Assembly (NCBI GenBank): GCA_047617745.1
Contig: JBLGBN010000001.1
Location: 32,001-96,000, forward strand
Direction of reading: 5' to 3'
Source of the DNA: Candidatus Nanohaloarchaea archaeon
GTDB lineage: Archaea > Nanohalarchaeota > Nanosalinia > Nanosalinales > Nanosalinaceae
Length of the DNA stretch: 64,000 nucleotides
Positions 1 through 10,288 of the stretch are shown piece after piece. Position 1 is the first letter of the stretch; each line of letters opens with the position of its first letter. The notes below the pieces were generated by a model. The model worked only from the letters and a program-made list of their open reading frames with translations, was not told the DNA's origin and ran no database searches. Position numbers and translations under genes: made by a program.

Positions 1-2
1 TG

Positions 3-574
<572 letters not shown>

Positions 575-655
575 ACACAAGTTTGCATCTGTTTGTTTAA
601 AACGATAATATATTCAAAGGTCAGTCAGGAACACTGAATATAGGGTGAACAAAAA

Positions 656-1471
656 ATGGAATATCTAGAGCTTCAGGATGAGAAAATACCTGCACTTGGG
701 TTCGGTACATGGCAGTTAAAAGAAGAGGATTGTGTTAAAGGTGTTAAAACTGCGCTGGAGAAAGGTTACAGACATATCGATACCGCCCAGGCGTACGGCA
801 ACGAGGAACAGGTAGGTCAGGGATTAAAGGAATCAGATGTTGAAAGAGAGGATATCTGGCTAACGACTAAGCTGTGGCGGGACAACCTTAACCGGGAAGA
901 CCTGAAAGAGTCAGTCCATAAAAGTCTGGAAAAACTCGGCATAGAATACGTTGACCTACTTCTGATTCACTGGCCGTTCAAAGAGATGGATCTAAAAGCT
1001 GTACTGGAGGAGATGAATGATCTTGTGGAAGAAGGTAAAGTCAGGAATATAGGCGTCAGCAACTTCACACCGGAGCAGATGGAAAAAGCCCGGGAATACT
1101 CTGATGTTCCTCTACTGACTAACCAGGTTGAGTACCATCCCTTCTTGAGCCAAGATGAAGTTCTGGAGAAATGCAGGGATAAAGACATGATGCTCACAGC
1201 TTACTCTCCGCTGGCTAGAGGGGACGTGATAGGAAATAAAAAACTCCGGAGAATCGGCGAAAAATATGGAAAGTCTGAAGTCCAAGTCTCTTTACGGTGG
1301 CTGATCCAGCAGGAGAACGTTGCAGCGATACCCAAGGCCACATCAGAAGAACACATCTCCCAGAATCTGGATATCTTCGATTTCAAACTAACTGAGAAGG
1401 AGATGGAAACAATCTCAGGGCTTGCGAGAAATGACAGGAAAGTCGATCCGGATTTCGGCCCCTGGGACTAG
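656..1471 (+). CDS. Aldo/keto reductase (DkgA/B-like)
   Basis: GFGTW, GYRHIDTAQAYGNE, DLLLIHWP, IGVSNF, NQVEYHP, AYSPL, IPK motifs. Confidence 0.96.
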   Translation: MEYLELQDEKIPALGFGTWQLKEEDCVKGVKTALEKGYRHIDTAQAYGNEEQVGQGLKESDVEREDIWLTTKLWRDNLNREDLKESVHKSLEKLGIEYVDLLLIHWPFKEMDLKAVLEEMNDLVEEGKVRNIGVSNFTPEQMEKAREYSDVPLLTNQVEYHPFLSQDEVLEKCRDKDMMLTAYSPLARGDVIGNKKLRRIGEKYGKSEVQVSLRWLIQQENVAAIPKATSEEHISQNLDIFDFKLTEKEMETISGLARNDRKVDPDFGPWD

Positions 1472-1659
1472 GAAAAGCTGGAAATGAAGTAAGAGATTAA
1501 CAGTATACCAAAAGTTGTCAGAACCACTCCTAAACCTAAAATATAACGGAATCTCTTACGCCCTCTGTAGTAATAACCAGAAAACAGCAGTAGAATCCCT
1601 AAAATTATCATCAAGTATGCTGTAGATAAAACAGGTATAGACTCCAGCACCATGTGCAT
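1468..1659 (-). CDS. Small two-TM membrane protein
   Basis: Two hydrophobic segments separated by basic loop RGRKRFR. Confidence 0.6.
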   Translation of the reverse strand: MHMVLESIPVLSTAYLMIILGILLLFSGYYYRGRKRFRYILGLGVVLTTFGILLISYFISSFS

Positions 1660-1692
1660 TTTTGTGGTTTCGTTGCTGAAATAATTTTTTCC

Positions 1693-2316
1693 TCAGCTCA
1701 CGTTTCTATTATCGAGCTGTTTGAAAAGTTTCTCCGAAAGCTCGGACAGATAGGCCTGTCCGAGAAACGCTGCTATAACGGCGCCTGCTAGATTAAAGCT
1801 CATATCCTTCATAGTATCTGAGAGACCGTGTTGCGCTAGAGGCATAGATATTTCTGTAGCGGTAGCGACCAGATCCAGTCCGAACTCGAAAAGCTCCCAA
1901 ACTACTCCAAAAGCAACCACCGTCATCAATATGAATACAAACATGAACCGATCAGGCAGGCGGATATCCGGCTTGTGGAGGTCAATAGATCTTATAACCG
2001 TATAACCGGTTCCAGCTACGAGCGATGCGGAAAGCGAGTGAGTGAAGTGATCCCACCACGAAACAGCTCCGTAAAGTCCAAAGCTTCCAAGAGCGTGGAA
2101 GAAAACCGCGGATGTTATCCAGAGAGATAGGAAGGGCGAAATCGAAAAACTGTAATCTCTTTCAAATATGGCCGGGAGAAAGCTAACCCCCAGCCCTAAC
2201 GCGCTGTTAATCACGATCTTTGAAGATCTGGTATATAATCCTGCTGCCAGCATCCCGAGAAGCATTATCTGCATCAAACGTGTTGTCCGATTTTTCCATT
2301 TCTCTGGAAACCTCAT
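1693..2316 (-). CDS. Integral membrane protein, DUF2238/VanZ-like putative metal-dependent hydrolase
   Basis: FH...WWDHFTH...WELFEF...DTMKD pattern in a multi-TM protein. Confidence 0.7.
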   Translation of the reverse strand: MRFPEKWKNRTTRLMQIMLLGMLAAGLYTRSSKIVINSALGLGVSFLPAIFERDYSFSISPFLSLWITSAVFFHALGSFGLYGAVSWWDHFTHSLSASLVAGTGYTVIRSIDLHKPDIRLPDRFMFVFILMTVVAFGVVWELFEFGLDLVATATEISMPLAQHGLSDTMKDMSFNLAGAVIAAFLGQAYLSELSEKLFKQLDNRNVS

Positions 2317-2903
2317 CTGGAAACCACCTTCAGAATATTCCTTCTGAGTATTTTATCCCGTCTCTGGAAGTAAAAGTCGAAAAGCAGGCCAGCAAACAGT
2401 CCGGCGACCATTACCTCTCCCCATTCAAACATTAAAGCCTCGTTTGTGGTTAGGAACGAAGTCCCGAGGAACACATCAAGATAGAATCTAGCCAGAGACC
2501 ATACACCTTCTATAGCCAGTGTAGATACCACTACAAACAGTACTGCAAAACCGTGACTGAACTTGACGGATGTGAAAACATGGAGTTCAACAGCAATAAT
2601 AAGTGCTAGCGCTGCCAGCGAAACAAAAGTCGCAATCCTTCCAGACAGAACAGAAAGGTTCAAAGCCCGGACAATAACCGGTACCGCCGTTACCAGAAGA
2701 AGTTCCCATGGCAGAACCGCATATCTACTCCTGTAAGCGATGGGCGGTAAAACAATAACACCGAGCAAAAAACCTGTGAAAACCATCCACAGAAGATCAA
2801 AACCAGATGCACTCTCAACAAATACAGCAGCGATGACCCCTGTGATAAACCAGGCTATGACCATGTTCAGCCAGGTATCCCGGAAAAAATCATCGAACTC
2901 CAT
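2313..2903 (-). CDS. Integral membrane protein, probable degenerate paralogue of 1693..2316
   Basis: Multi-TM; 4-nt overlap with the downstream gene; similar C-terminal layout (GVWSLARF vs VVWELFEF) without the His/Glu/Asp residues. Confidence 0.65.
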   Translation of the reverse strand: MEFDDFFRDTWLNMVIAWFITGVIAAVFVESASGFDLLWMVFTGFLLGVIVLPPIAYRSRYAVLPWELLLVTAVPVIVRALNLSVLSGRIATFVSLAALALIIAVELHVFTSVKFSHGFAVLFVVVSTLAIEGVWSLARFYLDVFLGTSFLTTNEALMFEWGEVMVAGLFAGLLFDFYFQRRDKILRRNILKVVSR

Positions 2904-2990
2904 AAACCGTATTTATGAGTCCGGCTATTTTATCGGTTCGGTAAATCAAAACGTTCAAACTATTAAAACTCCGGAATAAAGCCCTTTGAG

Positions 2991-3344
2991 ATGGAAGACG
3001 TAGACATAGTTAAAGAGGTCATTGAAGGCTATACCGAACTCAAGGAAATAGATAACGGAGATTTATACATCGATATGCAGCTAGGCTTCGACCACGAAGA
3101 AGAAAATTATGTGATCGAGTACGGCCTAAAGGATCTCTCGATCCCGGATGAAGAGGGGATAGTGCCAGAACTCAAATACGACAGTCTGGAGGCTGCGTGG
3201 AACGAATACCTGGAACAGTTCCCGGAAATACACCAGTCATTTCCCGAGGCGAGAAAACTGTTAATGCATCCAAGGGAATACAATTCAGCGCCTCTAGGAG
3301 GAAACCCTGCAGAGAGGATACTCGACTCAAGAAATAATACTTAG
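2991..3344 (+). CDS. Hypothetical acidic protein
   Basis: 117-aa ORF with host-like composition and upstream TATA-like TATTAAAA. Confidence 0.6.
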   Translation: MEDVDIVKEVIEGYTELKEIDNGDLYIDMQLGFDHEEENYVIEYGLKDLSIPDEEGIVPELKYDSLEAAWNEYLEQFPEIHQSFPEARKLLMHPREYNSAPLGGNPAERILDSRNNT

Positions 3345-3349
3345 TAAAA

Positions 3350-3476
3350 CGCCCAGACCAGGATTCGAACCTGGGACCACCACGTCGCTGTCTACTCGGC
3401 CGAGTTGACGGCTTTGAGCAACTCCAAAGGAGTTGCGGTTAACAGCGTGGCGCTCTACCTACTGAGCTACCTGGGC
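3350..3476 (-). tRNA. tRNA-Asn(GTT) with 54-nt intron at 37/38 (intron 3386..3439)
   Basis: Cloverleaf on reverse strand: acceptor GCCCAGG/TCTGGGC, anticodon stem CCACG/CGTGG, T loop TTCGAAT; CTGT pairs with intron ACAG, flanked by 3-nt bulges; spliced length 73 nt. Confidence 0.95.
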
Positions 3477-3579
3477 TCGGTATGTGAAGGAGTTCAATAA
3501 AGAATTTTATAAACTGTTTGAGTCTGGAACCTGTGTATTAATCAAAAACTATTTAAGTGTTACTCTAGAGTAACAACAT

Positions 3580-4161
3580 ATGAGTGTTTCCGAATACCTT
3601 GAAAGAGTTGATGGCGGCGAAGACATAACCATTTCACAGATGCTGACAGAAGGCGCTGAAGAAGAAATAATTGAGATAATAGACGAAGGGGACATAAACG
3701 GCGCAAATATAGAGCTTTCAAAGTCCTACGCAAACGAAAAAATGTACGACAGAAATGTTCTAGACTATCTTGACTCAGCTGCAGAAATAGCTGCGACAGG
3801 ATTAGCTTCACTACCTGGATTAGAAAATCTTTACGACGACGGATTTGAGAGGGCAGACGGAAAGATGGAGGAAATAGACAACAAGTACAGCGGAGGAAGT
3901 AAGAGAAAAATACTCAAGAAGAAAGCAGGAAACGCAGAACTAAAAATGAAGGCAAGTGAAGGACTTCTAGCCGGCGGAGCGGGAGGATTCCTGGCAGGAA
4001 ACCAGATAGGCTCCCAGAAACTTATGGCGCTGTCAGCAGCGTCAGGAGGATTAGGCGCATATGGAACTGCGAAAATGAAAGGAGAAAAAGATAGAAGTAT
4101 TGAGGAGGCTGCCCGAGGCCTCGAACAGGCCTACGGCGGATACCAACTCGACATCAACTAG
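3580..4161 (+). CDS. Hypothetical protein with C-terminal Gly/Ala-rich hydrophobic hairpin
   Basis: GLLAGGAGGFLAG and LMALSAASGGLGAYG segments; BRE/TATA-like AAAAACTATTTAAG upstream. Confidence 0.7.
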   Translation: MSVSEYLERVDGGEDITISQMLTEGAEEEIIEIIDEGDINGANIELSKSYANEKMYDRNVLDYLDSAAEIAATGLASLPGLENLYDDGFERADGKMEEIDNKYSGGSKRKILKKKAGNAELKMKASEGLLAGGAGGFLAGNQIGSQKLMALSAASGGLGAYGTAKMKGEKDRSIEEAARGLEQAYGGYQLDIN

Positions 4162-4165
4162 AACT

Positions 4166-5296
4166 CTAGTCCAGTACTTCCTCGTTTTCTATTTTCTCGG
4201 GCAGGTACTCATTTGCCACAAACTCGAGTGAGTTGGCTGCGAGGGCCTGCTGCTCAACTCTGACTCCTTTGTCAAGCATCTTCTGGAACTGTTTCTGCCA
4301 TTCCTCTTTCTGCATCCAGTCGTACTCCATAACATCGTGGATCCTTTTGTAGTCCTTAGTTGGACCCCCAGAGTCCTCAGGCTTACCTTTGAGGTCTTCT
4401 GTAACGTGTTCGAGGCCGTATTCCTCGATATCCTCCATGGTCATACCGATGAGTTTGGCTTCCGGTGTCGCAAGACGATCCGACTGGAACGCAAGCGACA
4501 TTGATCCAGACTTCAGGACTGAGTAGATGTAGTATCCCCATGGGTCGCCGTCAGTGAAGACGTAGACCGGTAGGTCGAGGCGGTTGTGCATGATGTTGAT
4601 CAGCCTCCTTGCTCCTCTGGCTGGCTGGCCTCCTGTACCTATCAGAATAGCGTTGTGCTCTTCGTGGAAATCTTCTTCCACTAGTCGGTTGACCATAGCG
4701 CTGGTCTCAACTACCATGATGAGGTCAGCATCATGTTCTTCAAACTCGTAATGGTCGACAATAGATGGGATGGCGAGGCCGGAAGTACCCATAGACATAC
4801 AGTCAATGCTATCACCCGAGTCGTTGATTGTTATAGGGCCGAAAAGTCTTCCTTTCGGTTCTGCGAACAGATGTAGATCCTCTCTGATCGCGCCTGTAGA
4901 TGTCTCGATATCAACAACTACGTTGTTAGATTCATCCTGATCCTCAAACGTGTTCTCATCCAGACCTGGAACTGAGTGCTTGAGCTGGTAGTAAACCTCT
5001 CTGATTGAGGCTGTTCTTCCCTGCTCTACAAGCTCTTTTGCCTTGTTTGCAACCAGTGTAGTCTGCATGAATTTCCGTGCATGTGAGATGTTGAGGAACT
5101 TCCTCGTGGAGTATGAGTCTCCGAGGGAAAGTCTTCCCTCCTCTTCATCATAATGCACATTTGACTTGGAACGTACCTTTGTGTCAATTGTAAGGTTTTC
5201 CTCATTCTCATCGTTCAACTGGTTGACCAGTTTCTTTCCTAGATGTGTCAGTTTGTCTAACGTCTTCTCGTCATTTGCTAAATCTTTCTTTGGCAT
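4166..5296 (-). CDS. top6A: DNA topoisomerase VI subunit A
   Basis: SIREVYY catalytic Tyr, FEDQDES, TOPRIM VVE and FTDGDPWG, EQQAL. Confidence 0.97.
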   Translation of the reverse strand: MPKKDLANDEKTLDKLTHLGKKLVNQLNDENEENLTIDTKVRSKSNVHYDEEEGRLSLGDSYSTRKFLNISHARKFMQTTLVANKAKELVEQGRTASIREVYYQLKHSVPGLDENTFEDQDESNNVVVDIETSTGAIREDLHLFAEPKGRLFGPITINDSGDSIDCMSMGTSGLAIPSIVDHYEFEEHDADLIMVVETSAMVNRLVEEDFHEEHNAILIGTGGQPARGARRLINIMHNRLDLPVYVFTDGDPWGYYIYSVLKSGSMSLAFQSDRLATPEAKLIGMTMEDIEEYGLEHVTEDLKGKPEDSGGPTKDYKRIHDVMEYDWMQKEEWQKQFQKMLDKGVRVEQQALAANSLEFVANEYLPEKIENEEVLD

Positions 5297-5308
5297 TCTA
5301 AATCACCT

Positions 5309-6904
5309 CTAAAGCTGCTCAGGGTTGTAGTCTTCCTGAACCATTTTCTGTATCTGATTTTCAATCTCCTCAGGGTCGCCTTCACCGGCCAGTTCTGCAA
5401 TCGCCGGACCCATTTCCTTGGCGTAGGATGTAAGCTGTCTTCTCTTCTTCTCCTGGATCTCTTTTCTCTCCTTTCTGCCGATGTACCGTCCAAGCTTTCT
5501 TCCTGCTTCCTGAAGCGCAAGCTTCATCTCCTTTCTGATAGGGTCGTAGTTTGCGATAGCTTCCTTACCTTCAGATGTGAAAGGCACCCAGACAGATGCA
5601 ATATGTACAAGGATGTAAAGCTCTCCCTGAGGCCGGTTTCCAGTCTGTGAGATGTTGTAACGGTTCCAGGAAACTTCCTCAATCGCCTTCGTGGTTACAC
5701 ACGCAGACTTCTTGTACAGAAGCGGCACCTTGTTGGCGTACCTTAATTCCTCATAGCTTCCTTCCTCTTCAATGTCGCCTCCCCATGCAAGTCCTACCTC
5801 AACCTGGAACGGATTTCCTTTGTAAACTGTCGGTTTTCTGGTAATCGCAGTTGAGAACTCTGGATTGAGCTCTTTCTTCAACCCTTTCAGAACCAGATCC
5901 TCTCCAATAGGGGAAAGACAGTCAGTTGGAGGGCTCTGAAGCTTTACCCTCTGTGCTGCGTTAAGCAATTGTTCTATCTCATCCTTCTCCAGAGTGTTCG
6001 GTCTTCTACCATCATCTAGATCTGCCTCATCACAGATTTCCTCTGCAGATGTTCTTCCTACTCTTGTAAACTCATTCTGTAGGAAGCTGGAGATCGTTCT
6101 TGAATCTGTGTTATCGATCATCCTCATCATCACACCGAGTTCCACTCCGTGTGGGTGAGGCTTGATCTCCTTAGGCTTTGGAGGCAGCTCCTTCGAAACT
6201 CTTGGGTATTCGATTTTGTTGCCGTCAGGCTCTCTGAGAACAACCCGGGCATACGGGTTCATGATAGCTGTGTGTTTCAAATAGTTCCTTACAGAGTGAT
6301 GGCCTTTCGTGTATTTAGCTTCGATATTCATTTCGATGGTTGTTCCATGATCGAAGTAGTAATCCTTGTCTCCAGGGAACTCGTCTGAATCTGCGGAGAT
6401 TACCTCATCTTCTATGATTTCTGGTTCGTTCTCCTCTGTATCGATCCGGACAACAAATTTGTGACATGGCTCTCCTTCCTGTTTTGAGTATACTGTTACA
6501 GGTTCCCCTGCTGTCAGTTGAGCGTACATAGCGGCTGCAGAAATTCCGATTCCCTGCTGCCCTCTGCTCTGCTGTAGCTTGTGGAACTTGGATCCGTACA
6601 GGAGTTTACCGAACACTTTCGGGATTGTCTCCCGGTCTAGCCCTATAGCGTTGTCTCTTATCTCTACACGGCACTTTTCGTCTCCTATTTCATCCACAAG
6701 TACGTGGATTTCCGGTAGAATTCCGTCTGCTTCACATGCATCCAGCGAGTTATCGACTGCTTCCTTTACTACTGTTATAATTGATTTCTGAGGGTTTTCA
6801 AAGCCTAGCAGGTGTTTGTTCTTCTCGAAGAACTCTGCCACCGAAATTTCCCGGTGGTCCTCACCTGTTTCTTCCATTGGTTGTTCATCCATTCCGTTTG
6901 CCAT
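5309..6904 (-). CDS. top6B: DNA topoisomerase VI subunit B
   Basis: EISVAEFFEKN, KEAVDNSLDA GHKL motif, SRGQQGIGIS, KPHPHG, RYANKVPL, VPFTSEGKE. Confidence 0.98.
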   Translation of the reverse strand: MANGMDEQPMEETGEDHREISVAEFFEKNKHLLGFENPQKSIITVVKEAVDNSLDACEADGILPEIHVLVDEIGDEKCRVEIRDNAIGLDRETIPKVFGKLLYGSKFHKLQQSRGQQGIGISAAAMYAQLTAGEPVTVYSKQEGEPCHKFVVRIDTEENEPEIIEDEVISADSDEFPGDKDYYFDHGTTIEMNIEAKYTKGHHSVRNYLKHTAIMNPYARVVLREPDGNKIEYPRVSKELPPKPKEIKPHPHGVELGVMMRMIDNTDSRTISSFLQNEFTRVGRTSAEEICDEADLDDGRRPNTLEKDEIEQLLNAAQRVKLQSPPTDCLSPIGEDLVLKGLKKELNPEFSTAITRKPTVYKGNPFQVEVGLAWGGDIEEEGSYEELRYANKVPLLYKKSACVTTKAIEEVSWNRYNISQTGNRPQGELYILVHIASVWVPFTSEGKEAIANYDPIRKEMKLALQEAGRKLGRYIGRKERKEIQEKKRRQLTSYAKEMGPAIAELAGEGDPEEIENQIQKMVQEDYNPEQL

Positions 6905-6947
6905 CTATTACACCATTAAATACGTTTGATACTTAATATAGTTTAAA

Positions 6948-7451
6948 TTATCTCTGTATTTTGTCCTGATTCTTCTCCAGATAGTTATACGCCGATGAGT
7001 GGGATCTACCGTTCAGGAGCTGTTTTATGACCTCTGCAACTACTTCGATATTCTGGGCGAGTCCTATTATCCCGATCGTTTTCCCGTATATAGATATATC
7101 CACATTTCCTTCTTTTTCAAGATGTCTTCTAGTCTCTCCATCCCGCCCTATTACACGGCCTTTAAGGCGGTCACGAGAGTTTTCTGTGGAGGCAAAATTA
7201 TTTATGTCAATTATATGGAGCATCTTGTCTATCTCGGCTATTTTCATAGCTTTTTCAGGGTTGAAACCTCTTCCAACAGCTTTAACTATATTTGCGCCAT
7301 CCATTTCATCTATAGGATCTCCTTCTACAGATACAAGGTTGTCTTGAACTTCCAGATCGCAATCTATGAGCTCCTCGACCCTTTCCTTGGTTTCTCCGCC
7401 TTCTCCAATAAGTACAGCTACTCTGTCTTCAGGTATTCTTACTTCTCTCAT
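6948..7451 (-). CDS. KH-domain pre-rRNA processing protein Dim2/Pno1
   Basis: IPEDRVAVLIGEGG, AVGRGF, KGRVIGRDG; follows RIO1; start placed at MREVRIP. Confidence 0.93.
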   Translation of the reverse strand: MREVRIPEDRVAVLIGEGGETKERVEELIDCDLEVQDNLVSVEGDPIDEMDGANIVKAVGRGFNPEKAMKIAEIDKMLHIIDINNFASTENSRDRLKGRVIGRDGETRRHLEKEGNVDISIYGKTIGIIGLAQNIEVVAEVIKQLLNGRSHSSAYNYLEKNQDKIQR

Positions 7452-7519
7452 TCTTCTAGTGGATAATATAACTTCAACTGCCAACCTTTTTATACCTTAA
7501 AACTAGATTTCAGGGCTTC

Positions 7520-8281
7520 TCAGCCCGAAATAATGGCTTTAAACTGTTTCTCCGGATGAGTGTCAGCACCATGGCTCTCGAAGAAATTTGCAATATTTTT
7601 CACATCCCGCTTTAACAGCTCTGCAGCTTCTGGATGATCTCTGTGGACTCCCTGGGAGAAATCTATCCACACCTTTCTGCCTTCACCGTCGACAACTATA
7701 TTGTATTCCGACAGATCGCCGTGTACTAGATTACCTTCGTTCCAGAGCCTTTCTATTGCGTTCAAAGTATCCTCATAGGCTTCCTGCGGGTTTTCAGGCT
7801 CTACTTCCTTTAACTTTCTGTAAGGCGAGAAATCCTCCCCTATAAACTCCATAACAAGTATATTTTCATGCACATCGATCGGTTCAGGGCATTTAACGTA
7901 CTCTTCCGCTATTTTGAGGTTCCGGAACTCCTTTTTGCACCACTGCTGGATGATCGATCTCCGATCATCCTTAACGTTTCTGAACCTTTTGTCGCCTCTA
8001 AGGTAGTTCTTCATTTCCCTGAAGCTTCCTGCCCTGTTCATGTAAATCTTCAGGATGACTCTCTCGCCTTCAGGTGTGTCAGCCAGAAAGATTACAGATT
8101 CTTTTCCTGCCTCTATAACGCCGTAAATCTTTTCGACTACTTTTCTCTCATTCAGCTTCATCAGCGCCCGGGACGTTTCATGGTCGAAAACGTTCTGGAA
8201 GGCCTTCCTCGCTTCTGAACTGTCAAACATCCGGCGGGATTCTTCCTTCCATCTCTCCCGCCAGTCACGGTTTTCTTTCAT
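7520..8281 (-). CDS. rio1: RIO1 family Ser/Thr kinase
   Basis: GKES, KIY, KEFRNL, LVMEFIG, LVHGDLSEYNI, IDFSQ. Confidence 0.95.
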   Translation of the reverse strand: MKENRDWRERWKEESRRMFDSSEARKAFQNVFDHETSRALMKLNERKVVEKIYGVIEAGKESVIFLADTPEGERVILKIYMNRAGSFREMKNYLRGDKRFRNVKDDRRSIIQQWCKKEFRNLKIAEEYVKCPEPIDVHENILVMEFIGEDFSPYRKLKEVEPENPQEAYEDTLNAIERLWNEGNLVHGDLSEYNIVVDGEGRKVWIDFSQGVHRDHPEAAELLKRDVKNIANFFESHGADTHPEKQFKAIISG

Positions 8282-8627
8282 TCCAATTCTGCACCCCTTT
8301 ACTGTGAAACTCCTCTTCAAGAACTCTATAGTAAAGGAAAGGTATAGTCACCAGAAATGCAGCCGCCACAGGTATTAGATGGAATTTCAGGGTTAATGGA
8401 GGCTCCAGTGTGTAAACCCATGCATCCAGTATAGATTCACATGATTTTTCGTAATAATCTGCGTTTCTGGGCAGGTTTTCAGTTGAGAAGTTTTGGGAGG
8501 AAATATTATCACATATATCTGTCTGGAAATGTATTGAATACTGTCCTGGTAGAAACATCAGAAGATTAACTAGCAGAAAAACCCCGAAAAAAAGCGTTAA
8601 CTGTTCAGCTGCGATTTTAAGGTTCAT
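8265..8627 (-). CDS. Two-TM membrane protein with a Cys-pair loop
   Basis: N- and C-terminal hydrophobic segments; lies between aIF-1A and RIO1. Confidence 0.6.
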   Translation of the reverse strand: MNLKIAAEQLTLFFGVFLLVNLLMFLPGQYSIHFQTDICDNISSQNFSTENLPRNADYYEKSCESILDAWVYTLEPPLTLKFHLIPVAAAFLVTIPFLYYRVLEEEFHSKGVQNWNERKP

Positions 8628-8633
8628 CTTCCT

Positions 8634-8945
8634 CTAGAGGAACTCTGATATCTCACCGAGATATCCATGGTCTTCAAGCCACTCGGTTTCAGCCTGAGAG
8701 TAGCTCTGGACAATATCTCCTTTCTCGTCTCCCTGAATATCCCAGGGACTTACGAGGACTACTGAGTCTCTCTTTACCCATATACCTCTTTTCTTAGAGC
8801 CAGGTATTCGGCAGATTCTCTCCCTATCATCTGTACAGTAAACCCTGTATTTTCCTCCACCTTCTTTTCTGAGTACGATTCCCAGTACTTCATCTCCTTC
8901 AGGTTCACGTACACGTCCTACTCCTTGATCTTCTTCGTCGCTCAT
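8634..8945 (-). CDS. eif1a: Translation initiation factor aIF-1A
   Basis: EVLGIV, CTDDRERICRIPG, WVKRDSVVLVSPWDIQ, KGDIV; start placed at MSDEE. Confidence 0.95.
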   Translation of the reverse strand: MSDEEDQGVGRVREPEGDEVLGIVLRKEGGGKYRVYCTDDRERICRIPGSKKRGIWVKRDSVVLVSPWDIQGDEKGDIVQSYSQAETEWLEDHGYLGEISEFL

Positions 8946-9064
8946 AATTAATATTTCACAGCCCAGTTTTTTAAAGAGAAAACAGCGCTTGCCTTTTAAC
9001 ACGAATTTTTCCCGAGAGGAAACACATTATTCAATCTTCATACCATAAGAAACAGCTAGAGATA

Positions 9065-10240
9065 CTAACAGGCCTGCCCCCAGTTAGGCTGCATGGCAGA
9101 ATCTCCTTCGAAACCAGAATCTGCGTCAAAGCCTTCCGGCTTACTACCGATCTGCTCTACACACCACATACTAATATCTTGATCAAAACTAGAAGCGTCC
9201 TGGAACATGTAACCCATACTGGTGACCTCCGAAGTATCCCAACTACCAACATCCCGTTTAAAACTGGAAGCGCCAGCGAACATTTCGTACATAAAAGTGA
9301 CGCTACTAGTATCCCAAGAACCAATATCCTGATTAAAACTAGAAGCGCCAGCGAACATGCTACTCATATCAGTGACGTTACCGGTATCCCAACTACCAAT
9401 ATCCCGGTTAAAATCACCAGCCTCATGGAACATGAAGCTCATATCGGTGACGCTACTCGTATCCCACGATCCAATACTTCTATTGAAACTAGAAGCACCA
9501 CCATTGAACATGGAACTCATATCGGTGACGTTGGACGTATCCCAAGAACCGATACTAGAGATGTTACCGTAACTTGAATTAACAAAAGGATCTTGATAGG
9601 CGCCGGTCATGTCGGTGACGTGGGTAGTACATATTCTGTCACCGTTACTGATCAAGGAATCAACATTTGAATCATCAGCCGCAGTATATGTTTTCCCATC
9701 AACCGTACCAGTCTCACCCGGAGAAGCATCACCGCATTCCACCGTACCGCCATCAGTCTGGTAGAAAGCTCCGGTAACAGTATTACCGCCATCACCATCA
9801 TCGTTGTTATTTGAGTCACCGGTGATACTATCAGTCTCCGCCGAAACCGGTAAACTCCGTGAAGAAACCTCGATACGATTCGGCTCCGATGAAGTATTCA
9901 ACTCAACAGTCGCAATCTCCGCCTCCGAAAGCCTCTCATCAACCTGCCGCTGAACCGGATTATCACCATAAACAGTAACAGTAAAATTAGACAACTCCTC
10001 ACCACCAGAATTCCGGAAAGTAACACTTAGATTACCCGACCCAGAATCATAACTAGCCCGAGAAACCTCCAATTCTGCCCGAGAAGCATCTAAAACACTC
10101 TCAGAGCTATCGGTAACACCCTCCTGTGTTGACTGCATCAAGCTGGGAACCCATTGGCTGAACATGCCTGCAACAGCCATAGTGAACGCAATCAAGAGAA
10201 CCGCGGCAATTAGAGGTGAAATACCTTTATGATACTCCAC
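9065..10240 (-). CDS. Archaeal type IV pilin fused to BspA/DUF285-type repeats (putative adhesin pilin)
   Basis: Class III signal [16 protein letters not shown]; five 25-aa repeats [16 protein letters not shown]; ends ISMWCV...PNWG. Confidence 0.88.
   Translation of the reverse strand: MEYHKGISPLIAAVLLIAFTMAVAGMFSQWVPSLMQSTQEGVTDSSESVLDASRAELEVSRASYDSGSGNLSVTFRNSGGEELSNFTVTVYGDNPVQRQVDERLSEAEIATVELNTSSEPNRIEVSSRSLPVSAETDSITGDSNNNDDGDGGNTVTGAFYQTDGGTVECGDASPGETGTVDGKTYTAADDSNVDSLISNGDRICTTHVTDMTGAYQDPFVNSSYGNISSIGSWDTSNVTDMSSMFNGGASSFNRSIGSWDTSSVTDMSFMFHEAGDFNRDIGSWDTGNVTDMSSMFAGASSFNQDIGSWDTSSVTFMYEMFAGASSFKRDVGSWDTSEVTSMGYMFQDASSFDQDISMWCVEQIGSKPEGFDADSGFEGDSAMQPNWGQAC
9160..9560. repeat. 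Intragenic ~75-bp tandem repeats encoding DUF285 units
   Basis: Recurring GTATCCCA at 9234, 9309, 9384, 9459 and 9537. Confidence 0.85.
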
Positions 10241-10288
10241 ACCACAAAGTAAAGCCAGCTTATTGAAAAAAGTAGGGAAAAACCTCTC

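Noticed and set aside
1693..2903. Active/inactive membrane hydrolase pair as a new system
   Set aside because: Paralogy judged only by eye, and I recall similar tandem pairs in haloarchaea; no further supporting context
9160..9560. Regularly spaced repeats as a possible CRISPR array
   Set aside because: Degenerate in-frame 75-bp coding repeats, no unique spacers, no cas genes
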